Of a DNA stretch of 64,000 nt, positions 53,838-64,000 are shown piece by piece; the first letter of the stretch is position 1, and each line of letters opens with the position of its first letter. The stretch covers positions 330,832 to 394,831 of the forward strand of contig JBFWWG010000003.1 of NCBI GenBank assembly GCA_050246315.1. The letters run 5' to 3'. The position numbers and the translations under genes were made by a program. The notes below the pieces were generated by a model. It was given only the letters and a program-made list of their open reading frames with translations, was not told the origin of the DNA and did not search any database. The stretch comes from Nitrospiraceae bacterium. Its GTDB lineage: Bacteria > Nitrospirota > Nitrospiria > Nitrospirales > Nitrospiraceae.

Positions 53838-55070
53838 TCATTGGATGCTTCCGGCCATTTGGAACACCGGCAAGTACATGATGACGACGATTCCACCGAC
53901 GAGGACCCCCATGAGCAACAACAGAGTCGGTTCGATCCACGTCGTCAACTGGGTCAACCGGACGTCCAATTCCGACTCGTAGAACTCGGCCACGTCCTTC
54001 AGCATCGTTTCGAGCGAGCCGGTTTCCTCGCCGACCGCCAGCATTTCCACGGCCAATGAGGGAATCACCGGCGGATGCCGCAGGGCCGCCGTCAAGCTGG
54101 TTCCATCGCGAACCTGTTCGACCGTGCGGGCAAGCCCCTCTCCAATCGATCGGTTCGAGATGGCGCTTCGGGAGATGTGCAGGGCTTCGACGAGCGGTGT
54201 GCCTCCTCCCAGAACCGTGGAGAGGGTGCGGGTCAACTGCACCGTGTAGTGTCGCCAGAGTGCCGCCCCGAGGAACGGCACACGTAAAAGGAACCGATCG
54301 GTCGTCAGACGCCCGGCCTCTGTCCGATACCAGGCCCGTCCTGCGAGCACTACGACGAGGAGCCCGATGACGAACGTGAGGAGGTTCACGCGCAGGGTAT
54401 GAATGGCGCCGAGCAGCCATTGCGTCGCCACAGGCAGCGTGCGGGCCTGCTCGCCGTAGGCCGCAATGAAGGTCGGCATGACATAGGTCAACAAGAACCC
54501 GATAACGCAGATGCCCACCGCGACAAGGAAAAGCGGATAGGTGAGGGCTTTCCAGACCTTCTGCCGGAGGCCGATCATCAACTTAAGATAGCCCACATAC
54601 CGCTGGAGGACCTCCGGCACGTTGCCCGCCTGTTCTCCGGCCTTCAGAGTGGCGATATAGAGGTCTGAGAAATACTCGGGGTGTCGGGCCAGTGCATCCG
54701 ACGCCGAGGCACCGCCGCGAATATCTTGACGCACAGTGCGAAGCGTCTCCCGAAATCCAGCCTGTTGGGCCCGCTCGATCAACAGATCCCACACTTTCAA
54801 TACGGGCAGGCCGGACCGGATCAACGCCAAGAGCTCCTGGTTAAAAATCAGGAATTGCTGCGGCGGCAGCCTGGTCCATCTTGTCGCGAAACCGAGGACT
54901 CCGATCGATCCGGCAGAACCGACCGACCAGATCCCCTGTCGACGGACACGGAAAACCAGGAAGCCCTGCCCTTCGAGTCGATTGCGAACCGCGATTTCAT
55001 TGTCGTCCTCGACCTCACCGACGAACGTCGTGCCGTCGGCGCGCGCGACCTTGTAGGCGAACAGCGGCAT
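53838..55070 (-). CDS. GspF/PilC inner-membrane platform protein
   Basis: LIRSGLP, AGEQAG, ALTYP, VGEETGSL, IEP, MYLPVF. Confidence 0.96.
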   Translation of the reverse strand: MPLFAYKVARADGTTFVGEVEDDNEIAVRNRLEGQGFLVFRVRRQGIWSVGSAGSIGVLGFATRWTRLPPQQFLIFNQELLALIRSGLPVLKVWDLLIERAQQAGFRETLRTVRQDIRGGASASDALARHPEYFSDLYIATLKAGEQAGNVPEVLQRYVGYLKLMIGLRQKVWKALTYPLFLVAVGICVIGFLLTYVMPTFIAAYGEQARTLPVATQWLLGAIHTLRVNLLTFVIGLLVVVLAGRAWYRTEAGRLTTDRFLLRVPFLGAALWRHYTVQLTRTLSTVLGGGTPLVEALHISRSAISNRSIGEGLARTVEQVRDGTSLTAALRHPPVIPSLAVEMLAVGEETGSLETMLKDVAEFYESELDVRLTQLTTWIEPTLLLLMGVLVGGIVVIMYLPVFQMAGSIQ

Positions 55071-55141
55071 GGGGGTACTCCGTCTCGATAAGGATCCTGA
55101 TTCCACTGCCGACCACATTGGATGGATCCAGGCCTGTGCGA

Positions 55142-55912
55142 TCAACGGATCCCGGTCTCAGGGATCATGAGCGCTTGTCCCACCTGGATCAGATCACCAG
55201 ACAGGCCGTTCACCGCGCGGAGTGCCTGGACCTCCACCCCGTAGCGCCTGGCCAGCCGCCACAGGGTGTCCCCGCTCTGAACGGCAATACTGCGCACCAA
55301 TGACCCGACATCGAGACCGTTATCCTGACGCGGTATGGTCGCAGCGGCTCCATCGTTCAACTGCGAGACCGGCGGGACCGGCGCGGAAGGCGGCGAGACC
55401 GGCAGCATCTCCGGTTCGGACAATCCTGAGATCGAAGGGAGCGATTCGCCATTCTGAGCCGGTGCAGAGACGACCGGAGGCACCAGAGCGCTTGGCACAT
55501 TCGGAGGAACCTGCTCAATGGACGAACGCTCCAGCGGCGCCATGCGCTTAGACTTCGGTTTGCTTCTGGGAGCCTGTGTCGCATCCTGTTTGGAGGAGCG
55601 CTCCCGTTCCGCCCGCATCCCAGTCAGTTCCTCTCGCTGGAGATCGATAATGTGACGCGCGTCCGCGAGGCGTCGTTCGACCTCACGCAATCGGCCTTCC
55701 AACTGCGCGCGAGCAATGATGGCCGCGCTGAATTCTTGCCGCTGACTGTCCAGTTCCAATCGCAGATCGGCGAGGTTCCGCTCGGCTTCCCGAGCCGCGG
55801 CGCGCATCGTATCGATGGTCAGGTGATGATCCATGACATCCGGATCTTCCATGGGCTCCAGGTCCGCGCAACCGCCTGCCAGCAGCATGCATCCCAGCAT
55901 CACCAGCCGCAT
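55142..55912 (-). CDS. Coiled-coil lipoprotein with C-terminal LysM domain
   Basis: LAGGC lipobox; heptads; Pro-rich linker; VQSGDTLWRLARRYGVEVQALRAVNGLSGDLIQVGQALMIP. Start uncertain (55912 or 55993). Confidence 0.85.
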   Translation of the reverse strand: MRLVMLGCMLLAGGCADLEPMEDPDVMDHHLTIDTMRAAAREAERNLADLRLELDSQRQEFSAAIIARAQLEGRLREVERRLADARHIIDLQREELTGMRAERERSSKQDATQAPRSKPKSKRMAPLERSSIEQVPPNVPSALVPPVVSAPAQNGESLPSISGLSEPEMLPVSPPSAPVPPVSQLNDGAAATIPRQDNGLDVGSLVRSIAVQSGDTLWRLARRYGVEVQALRAVNGLSGDLIQVGQALMIPETGIR

Positions 55913-56015
55913 CCAGGTTGAGCGGGTTCCTGCTCCTCCGAAGGTCGAGGCCGAGGGTGCCGACGAATGAGATGGCCGACGGTGATGCCACATGGAAATG
56001 CAGAAATTGGACTGT

Positions 56016-56432
56016 TCACCAGCGGTTATACGGCACGCCATTGGTGCCGATAAGATCCGATCCTGAATACACATCGAAAACGCCCCCCTCGACCGGCTCC
56101 AGAAGTTGCTGCCAGCTTGACGAGGATTGCGTGAACGGATCGATGGGGACCGTCCGCAGATATCCGGCTTGGACCAGCTCATCCAATGATCCCGGATACT
56201 TGCCCTGGTCGGCTCGATGTTGGTCCAGCACATCCCGCATCGCGAACAGGTCCTGCCGCAATGCCGCCTCTTTGGCCTTGACGGCGGCCATGTGATAGGA
56301 GGGAGCCGCCAGCGTCGCCAAAATACCCACGACCGACATGACCGTCATGAGCTCAATGAGTGTGAATCCACGCTCCGCGCGGCATCGCGGGCCACCGGGC
56401 CGGGCGTCACCAGTCTTTATACTTCGTGCCAT
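56016..56432 (-). CDS. GspG-like pseudopilin
   Basis: ERG/FTLIELM; AKEAALRQDLFAMRDVLDQHRADQGKYPGSLDELV...YLRTVPIDPFT. Confidence 0.92.
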   Translation of the reverse strand: MARSIKTGDARPGGPRCRAERGFTLIELMTVMSVVGILATLAAPSYHMAAVKAKEAALRQDLFAMRDVLDQHRADQGKYPGSLDELVQAGYLRTVPIDPFTQSSSSWQQLLEPVEGGVFDVYSGSDLIGTNGVPYNRW

Positions 56433-56913
56433 CCAGTGCGACCTCTTCGCTCTTCGTGGAGACGTCATAGATATCCGTGCCGCACCACGAATCCGCCGTG
56501 GGAGGGTCCTGGTAGCACCGGAGCCGCCACTCGTTCTTGCCCGTCAGTGGATCGACCGGAATGGCCCGCAAATACCGACGTACGGCCACGCCCTTCACGG
56601 TCGCTTCATGGCTCGTCAACTCGACGCCGAGCAAGGAGCGGAGGGATTTCGGATAACCGTAGGGGCCACTCACGTCTCGGCAAGCCAGCTTGTTCTTGAT
56701 GCATTGCACCCCCAGCAAGGTGTCTCCTTCCCGGTTCCACTCGGTCTTGAACAGATCGATCGCCGCGCGCATGATCCGTAGGTGCTGGCGAAGTTCCAGT
56801 TCCTTGCCCCGCTTCACGGAAACCCGATGCAACGGCACCGCCACCGACGCCAGCACGGAAAGGATCGTGACCGTCACCAGCAGTTCCAACAAGGTGACGC
56901 CGGCCTCTTTCAT
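56407..56913 (-). CDS. GspG-like pseudopilin
   Basis: EAG/VTLLELL; KELELRQHLRIMRAAID...GYPKSL...YLRAIPVDPLT...ALDGTKYKDW. Confidence 0.92.
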   Translation of the reverse strand: MKEAGVTLLELLVTVTILSVLASVAVPLHRVSVKRGKELELRQHLRIMRAAIDLFKTEWNREGDTLLGVQCIKNKLACRDVSGPYGYPKSLRSLLGVELTSHEATVKGVAVRRYLRAIPVDPLTGKNEWRLRCYQDPPTADSWCGTDIYDVSTKSEEVALDGTKYKDW

Positions 56914-59255
56914 CGCACGCGGACGATGGCCACTCGTTCGGCAGCGCCCACTGACGGCCATTCGACATGCACCGAGGAGACCCCCGCGGCCTTGGCGGTG
57001 AAAGTCAGGCGTGCTACTTCGCCGCCGGTCATCCCGGATTTCGTCGGCGGCCATACATGAACCGCGACGGATCCGGGCTCTCCGGGCGACGAATCATCCA
57101 GCACCACCGAGCCCCCTCGGTTCCTAAATGTCTGCGACTCTTCGATGAGCCGCAAGGCTAGAATGTCCGGATCGAACTGAATCTTGACCGATTCCCTTCT
57201 CCCCTCCTTCACATCCTGGCCCAACAGGCTCAGGCGAACGTCCTCACCCACTTGCGCCGCAACATCCTTTGTCTTGACACTCACGCGCGAAGGCATCGGT
57301 CCTTCCTCACCGGACGACGTCGCCGAGCTTCCCGGCCGCGCCCTCTCCTCCATCGAAACCGCCGGTCGTGCCGGCTCGCCCAGTCCATCCAGTCGCAGCG
57401 ACGTTGTGCGCGCCGCAGAGGAGAACATGGGTTTGGTCATGTAGATACTGTCGGTGCCGGACCAGAACATCTGATTGTGCAGGCCCGGCGTATTCGTCGG
57501 ATCGAGAATCCGGGGCGTGATCGTGAGAATCACCTCGGTGGTCACCCGTTCGGTTTGGAAGGAACTGAACCAGTTGCCGATCACCGGCAGATCCCCGAGC
57601 CATGGCACGGTTTGCCGCACCTTCCGGTCTTCCTCCTGAATCAGTCCGGCCAGCACGATCGTCTCGCCGTCATTCATGCTCAAGGTGGTCTCGGCGCTCC
57701 GGTTGCCGAATCGGAACTGCTCGATCGGCGGCGACGCCTGGAGCAACACCTTGTCGCCGATCCGGATGACCTCGATCTTCATCTTCAAGGAAAGATCGTG
57801 CGAGAGCCGGATTGACGGTTCGACGGTCAGCTTGACGCCGGTGTCGCGGAATTCTACCGACGTGACGGTCGACGTCGTCGGCACGGCGCCGGTCGTGGCC
57901 TGGCCGGGCAGCACGTTCGTCGTGGACAGGAGAATCGGCTGCTTGTCGCCGATGTTGACCTCGCCCTTCCGGTTATTGACCACGCGCAGCTTGGGCGAGG
58001 CCAATGTCTTGGCATCCGTTACCGACTTGAAGAAATCCAGCACAATGTTGGTGGGTAGCTTGAACAGAAAGCTGTCCTGACCGAGGCTCGTCAGTTGCCG
58101 ATAGGTAAACTGCTGGGCCAGGTCCCCTGCGATCGTCCCGGTAAACCCCGGCGGCACGGCGGCCATGCCCGACTGCTTGGGAAAGGTGAGGCCGTACTTT
58201 TCCGCTTTGGTTCGATTGACCTCCAACACTTCGACGTCGAAGATGACTTCCGGCTCCTCCCGGTCGTTGGCGGTGATGATGCGTTCGGCCAACTCGACCT
58301 TTTCCGGCGTGTCGCGGATCACGATAGTATTGATCTGTTCGTTCGCATGCAGCCGCTTCGTATCCAGCATGGTCCGAAGCAGCGCCAACATGTCCTTGGC
58401 CTTCGTATGGGACAGGTAAAAAGTGCGAATCATGAGGTCCTGATACTGCTCTTGCTTCTGCTTGGTGTTCGGGCTGATCAGCAACATCTGCGGCCCGACG
58501 CGCCGTGAAAAGAGGCTGTTGCTGTTCAGGATTAACTCCAATGCCGCGTCGAACGGCGTGGCTTCGATGGCGATGCTGACCGGATCATTACGCACATCCT
58601 TGTCGAACACAATGTTCATACCACCGATCTTCGCGAGACTTTCCAGCACCTCCTTGAGACCGGCGCTTTTGAACTTGAGCGTCACCGGTTGCGCCAGCGG
58701 ATCATCCCGCTTCATCGCTTCATCCTGCTCACTGAGACGCGTAATGCCTTCCGACGCCTTGTCCAAGGACGGGTCCAACTCGGCCGCTTGGGTGTAGGCT
58801 TGAAAGGCGTCCTCCCTCCGGCCGAGTTGAGCCAGTTTCTCCGCTTCGCGCACACGGTCCTTGGCTTCCTTCATCCGCAAACCTTCGGTCAGTCCGTCCT
58901 GGTGCGCGCGGTTCAGCGGTTCCAGAGTCAGCGCGCGCTTGAACGCTTCCACCGCCAGTTCGGCCTGACGTTCTTTCAAGTAGCTCCGGCCCTGCTCTTC
59001 ATACTTTGCGGCCGTCCGTTCCCGCGCCATCTCAAATTTGTGCTGGAGTGAAGCATTGAATGGATCTTCTTTGAGGGCTACTTGATAGGCGGTCATGGCT
59101 TCTTCCCAACTGCCGGACCCCATGAACTGGTCCCCCTGCCTCGGATCCACGGCAGAGGTGGTTGAACACCCCAGCACCGTCAGCATCAGCAACCCCGCTA
59201 TGATTCGGAATGGGACCGCCGGTGCCAAACGGAGAGACGGCAAGACACACCTCAA
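56910..59255 (-). CDS. Secretin (GspD-like) lipoprotein with N-terminal TPRs and C-terminal cohesin-like domain
   Basis: VLGC lipobox; TPR helices; N domains; EVIFDVEVLEV, LASPKLRV, GDKQP, DTGVKLTVEP, VPWLGDLPVIG, TEVILTITPRI; beta-sandwich tail (IQFDPDIL...GEVARLTFTAKAAG). Confidence 0.93.
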   Translation of the reverse strand: MRCVLPSLRLAPAVPFRIIAGLLMLTVLGCSTTSAVDPRQGDQFMGSGSWEEAMTAYQVALKEDPFNASLQHKFEMARERTAAKYEEQGRSYLKERQAELAVEAFKRALTLEPLNRAHQDGLTEGLRMKEAKDRVREAEKLAQLGRREDAFQAYTQAAELDPSLDKASEGITRLSEQDEAMKRDDPLAQPVTLKFKSAGLKEVLESLAKIGGMNIVFDKDVRNDPVSIAIEATPFDAALELILNSNSLFSRRVGPQMLLISPNTKQKQEQYQDLMIRTFYLSHTKAKDMLALLRTMLDTKRLHANEQINTIVIRDTPEKVELAERIITANDREEPEVIFDVEVLEVNRTKAEKYGLTFPKQSGMAAVPPGFTGTIAGDLAQQFTYRQLTSLGQDSFLFKLPTNIVLDFFKSVTDAKTLASPKLRVVNNRKGEVNIGDKQPILLSTTNVLPGQATTGAVPTTSTVTSVEFRDTGVKLTVEPSIRLSHDLSLKMKIEVIRIGDKVLLQASPPIEQFRFGNRSAETTLSMNDGETIVLAGLIQEEDRKVRQTVPWLGDLPVIGNWFSSFQTERVTTEVILTITPRILDPTNTPGLHNQMFWSGTDSIYMTKPMFSSAARTTSLRLDGLGEPARPAVSMEERARPGSSATSSGEEGPMPSRVSVKTKDVAAQVGEDVRLSLLGQDVKEGRRESVKIQFDPDILALRLIEESQTFRNRGGSVVLDDSSPGEPGSVAVHVWPPTKSGMTGGEVARLTFTAKAAGVSSVHVEWPSVGAAERVAIVRVR

Positions 59256-59417
59256 CCGAACGTCAATGGAACAGACCCGACATGTTCGGATTCTAGCAAA
59301 TCACTTCCCGCGCGCAAGGAATGCCGCCTTTGATGCGCGGGTGAGGCGAGAAGCGAGAGACTCGAAGAGACTCGGAAGAATAATTAGATAATCATGAGGA
59401 GAACGGAACCGTCGCTG

Positions 59418-60716
<1,299 letters not shown>

Positions 60717-61294
60717 GCCCTTCCCTCCATACGAAGCTTCGCTTGAACCGGCTACTCATCGGGCGAAGCCCATCTTCTCTTCATTGACGCCGCCGGAGAA
60801 ATCCCTCCAGTGACTCTTTTCCGCATCCATACCAAGATTCGCTCGAAGCGACGGCCAATCCGTGTCCTTCCGTCACCGAGCCGGCAGAGAATCGCCCTAT
60901 GCGGATTCGCATTCCGTCTGTATCTGGCCGCCGGATCAACGCCTTCAGCGATGTGCCTTGATCCAATCGTCGCAAAACTTCCTGCCGAATGCCACGCGCC
61001 GACCTCACCATTTAGTTAGTATCCGATGTATCAGAGGAGCCAACACTGGATAGAAGAGATCAGCGCCAGGAGACTGGATCTCTTGCCTCCAAGTGGGAAG
61101 AGATAGCACAGCCTACAGACAAGTGGAAGCAAAATGGCCGATTCCCGGCCAACCCATCACTGACCCTGCTCCGGCTGCCCGAGAGAGACCATGGACCGGA
61201 CGGTCTGGAGAAATGCCTTGGTTCGTCTGGCTTGGTAAGGAGCATTGAACGTTTCAACATACATCTGGTACAGCCATGTACAGGATGCCCGGTT

Positions 61295-61440
61295 TGTCCA
61301 TTCCAACCGGACAGCCGAACCAGGACAAAGAATCCTCTATTCATCTGGGGTAACTGATTGATATATTGCCGGTCGTCGAAGACCGTCCATCTAGCGTCCT
61401 CGGAGACTCGCCTCTGACTCCCGGCGGCACCCGTCTTGCT
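61295..61440 (+). promoter_or_regulatory. sigma54 promoter with IHF site and enhancer-like palindrome
   Basis: CGGCACCCGTCTTGCT (61425-61440, GG-N10-GC); TAACTGATTGATA (61351-61363, reverse complement of IHF consensus); TGTCC-N9-GGACA (61295-61313). Confidence 0.72.
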
Positions 61441-61593
61441 TGTTCCACGACGAAAAATGGAAGTATTAAGGCCAAACTTCGTCACCACCGGTCTTGCAGT
61501 GAGCGAGCATTCAGAGAGGCTTAATCACATCAGCCTGCGAGGGATAGTAGAAACGAACGGAAAGAGCGAGCAGAACGCATAGCGAGCTTCGTC

Positions 61594-61690
61594 GCGTGAC
61601 AAGGGCAAACCGCCTGTAAGGGCGGGACGCAAAGCTAAGAGACCTCATCGGGACCACACAGGAACCCGACGGTCAGTCTGGCTGCCACGC
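61594..61690 (+). ncRNA. c-di-GMP-I (GEMM) riboswitch
   Basis: P1 GCGUG/CACGC; ACAAGGGCAAA-CCGCCU-GUAA-GGGCGG-GACGCAAAGC; P3 ending GGCUGCC. G20, A47 and C92 equivalents (Vc2 numbering) are canonical. Confidence 0.92.
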
Positions 61691-61793
61691 TGGCTCGATG
61701 GGTAACGTCGGTCGCCTGCATGTGTCCGACCCCTGCAGTTACCCAACCGAGCGTGGTAGCCGGCGCCAGATGTAACCAAGGAGGACCGGTACC

Positions 61794-64000
61794 ATGCCTC
61801 GTACAGATCGCAGACCCACGCGTTTCACCTTCAGCGAGATGTTCACGCTCTCCCTGGGTGGGCTTGTCTTGAGTACGGCGGTCACCGCCTCCCAGGCATG
61901 GGGAGAGCATAAACCAGACGCACTGGATCGGACCGAGACCAGTCAGAAGACAGCCCGGCCTTCGGTGCATGTGGTCACCGACCGGGATCGTCAACACTCG
62001 CTGATCCGGAGACCGTCTAAAAAGAATTCGACTAGCACAACGCCATCGATGAACGTCTCCTCTTCGGAAACAACTACCGAGAAACGATCAAAGACTTTGT
62101 TGAAACAACCGAGTGTAACTTCCACGCAGCAAGCCGGGAGCGTGTCCACCGCATCATCGACAACGGGCTCCTTCCTCCGATCCACCATCAACTCTCCAGC
62201 TCCGACTCGCCCCCCCGTCCCCTCCCCCTCGCAGACCACATCCCTCGGGCATATCGACACATCTTCTTCGTTGCTCGGCAGTGCGACCGGAGGAGTGGTC
62301 ACGGAAGCAACGCCAAAACAACCGACGCCAGCCTCGGCCTCAGCTGAGACAAGTAGGACTGCCGCATCGATTGTGGCGGCTGCTGCACCAGCCCCAACTA
62401 TTGCTGTGAGTCCTGCGAGTCTTTCCTTTACCCTTGCTGGAGGTACGCCCGCTACCTCACAGCAAACCATTGCTGTATCGAATACTGGAGGGGGCACGCT
62501 CAAGTGGGCAGCCTCGAATAACGACCAACCTTGGATGTGGCACGATTTCACCACCAACTCGGTCACAGTCTATGTCCAGTCCTCAGGGCTGGCGCCTGGA
62601 ACCTACAGTGGGGCCATCACCATTTGGTCCGACAACGCCATCAATGCGCCCAAAGTCGTCCCGGTGAGCTTGACTGTGACGGCCGCGTCCGCAAAACCGA
62701 CGATCGGGTTCAGTCCGCCGAGCTTGTCGTTCACTGGTATCACCGGCGGGAGCAACCCTGCAGCTCAGAGCATCACGGTCACGAACGCTGGGACCGGGAC
62801 CCTCACGTGGACCGTGGCAGATAATGCCAACTGGCTGACGGCGACCAAGTCCGGGAGCACCATTACCGCGGCCGTCAACCTCTCCGGCTTGGCCGCCGGC
62901 ACCTACACCAGCACCATCACCGTAAGCGCCAACGGCGCCACGAACACCCCGCAGACGATCCCGGTCAGCTTGACCGTCACGGCCGCGCAAACGCCTTCAC
63001 CATCCTCGCCATCAAGCTTCAGCGTCACCCCGGCCAGTATCGCCGTGTCGGTGCCGGTCGGCACCACCAAGGTCCAGCCCTTTAATTTCACCGTCACCAG
63101 TACCGGCGGGAGCACGAGCTGGGCCATCAACGACCCGGCCTATTGGCTCCTCCGCGCCCCGTCCACTGGGGGTACTCCCACCAACGTCACCGGCTATATC
63201 TATCCGGAGTTCTTCAAGTCACCGGGTACCTACAAGACCACCCTGGTCCTGACGCCCTCCGGCTCTGGCTTGACTCCCGTCTCCGTCCCGGTCACCTTGA
63301 CCGTCACGGCCTCCGCGACCCAACCGGAGCCGAATGAACCCAAGCCTCCTGCCCAGGCAACGCTGAGCTTAAGCCCCACCAGCCTGGCCTTTAGCGGCAC
63401 CACCGGCGGGAGCAACCCTGCAGCCCAGAGCATCACGGTCACGAACGCTGGGACCGGGACCCTCACGTGGACTGTGGCGGATAATGCCAACTGGCTGACG
63501 GCGACCAAGTCCGGGAGCACCATCACCGCGGCCGTCAACCTCTCCGGCTTGGCCGCCGGCACCTACACCAGCACCATCATCGTAAGCGCCAACGGCGCCA
63601 CGAACACCCCGCAGACGATCCCGGTCAGCTTGACCGTGGCGGCTGCCACACCAGCCCCAACTATTGCTGTGAGTCCTGCGAGTCTTTCCTTTACCCTTGC
63701 TGGAGGTACGCCCGCTACCTCACAGCAAACCATTGCTGTATCGAATACTGGAGGGGGCACGCTCAAGTGGGCAGCCTCGAATAACGACCAACCTTGGATG
63801 TGGCACGATTTCACCACCAACTCGGTCACAGTCTATGTCCAGTCCTCAGGGCTGGCGCCTGGAACCTACAGTGGGGCCATCACCATTTGGTCCGACAACG
63901 CCATCAATGCGCCCAAAGTCGTCCCGGTGAGCTTGACTGTGACGGCCGCGTCCGCAAAACCGACGATCGGGTTCAGTCCGCCGAGCTTGTCGTTCACTGG
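61794..64000 (+). CDS. Large secreted BACON/Ig-like repeat protein (runs off right edge; missing from ORF track)
   Basis: SD AAGGAGG; ATG 61794; signal peptide MPRTDRRPTRFTFSEMFTLSLGGLVLSTAVTASQAWG; S/T/P-rich linker; then repeats like PTIAVSPASLSF...TIAVSNTGGGTLKW...GLAPGTYSGAITI...VPVSLTV; no stop to 64000. Confidence 0.9.
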   Translation, partial: MPRTDRRPTRFTFSEMFTLSLGGLVLSTAVTASQAWGEHKPDALDRTETSQKTARPSVHVVTDRDRQHSLIRRPSKKNSTSTTPSMNVSSSETTTEKRSKTLLKQPSVTSTQQAGSVSTASSTTGSFLRSTINSPAPTRPPVPSPSQTTSLGHIDTSSSLLGSATGGVVTEATPKQPTPASASAETSRTAASIVAAAAPAPTIAVSPASLSFTLAGGTPATSQQTIAVSNTGGGTLKWAASNNDQPWMWHDFTTNSVTVYVQSSGLAPGTYSGAITIWSDNAINAPKVVPVSLTVTAASAKPTIGFSPPSLSFTGITGGSNPAAQSITVTNAGTGTLTWTVADNANWLTATKSGSTITAAVNLSGLAAGTYTSTITVSANGATNTPQTIPVSLTVTAAQTPSPSSPSSFSVTPASIAVSVPVGTTKVQPFNFTVTSTGGSTSWAINDPAYWLLRAPSTGGTPTNVTGYIYPEFFKSPGTYKTTLVLTPSGSGLTPVSVPVTLTVTASATQPEPNEPKPPAQATLSLSPTSLAFSGTTGGSNPAAQSITVTNAGTGTLTWTVADNANWLTATKSGSTITAAVNLSGLAAGTYTSTIIVSANGATNTPQTIPVSLTVAAATPAPTIAVSPASLSFTLAGGTPATSQQTIAVSNTGGGTLKWAASNNDQPWMWHDFTTNSVTVYVQSSGLAPGTYSGAITIWSDNAINAPKVVPVSLTVTAASAKPTIGFSPPSLSFT
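62373..64000 (+). repeat. Intragenic domain duplications
   Basis: 62373-62737 ~ 63636-64000 (offset 1263, two mismatches seen); 62741-62977 ~ 63401-63637 (offset 660, five mismatches seen). Confidence 0.92.

Noticed and set aside
60781..61488. Minus-strand ORFs of 76 and 142 aa in the wbpO-BACON gap
   Set aside because: No convincing RBS or motifs; the longer one overlaps the regulatory sites.
61594..61690. 3'3'-cGAMP (GEMM-Ib) riboswitch variant
   Set aside because: Position 20 equivalent is G, not A.
62373..64000. DGR template/variable repeat pair
   Set aside because: Both copies are in-frame coding domains, mismatches are mostly synonymous transitions and not adenine-specific, and no reverse transcriptase is in the window.

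Overview
High-GC bacterial chromosomal segment. Gene content and intergenic repeat style look Nitrospira-like (inference from recalled gene order, not a database result). Most of the window is housekeeping: dnaE (partial), purH-purD-tsaC, aspC-coaD-rsmD, radC and an EF-G paralogue, degP, a lepA-lepB-hldE-kdsB-pyrG-kdsA-kdsD-pgsA-plsY run, bioA, a pyrR-pyrB-pyrC-carA-sppA/M48-carB-greA run with a complete PyrR attenuator, and proA. Accessory material lies at both ends. Left (1.6-8 kb): tandem structured repeats, a VapC/PIN remnant, an IS110 remnant whose right end sits in a REP-like repeat, and several exported proteins, one behind a uORF/anti-SD leader. Right (48-64 kb): an 11-gene T2SS/T4P-hybrid cluster, a nucleotide-sugar dehydrogenase, and a divergent long secreted BACON-like repeat protein missed by the ORF track. 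That gene is preceded by a sigma54 promoter, an IHF site, an enhancer-like palindrome and a c-di-GMP-I riboswitch whose platform predicts OFF switching. Other oddities: an unannotated 57-aa Zn-ribbon gene with its own sigma54/IHF promoter, an EF-G paralogue with degenerate GTPase motifs, and a DUF62 enzyme with His-to-Asp in the TFHGRD motif. No rRNA, tRNA or CRISPR array seen. All family calls come from motif recognition by eye.
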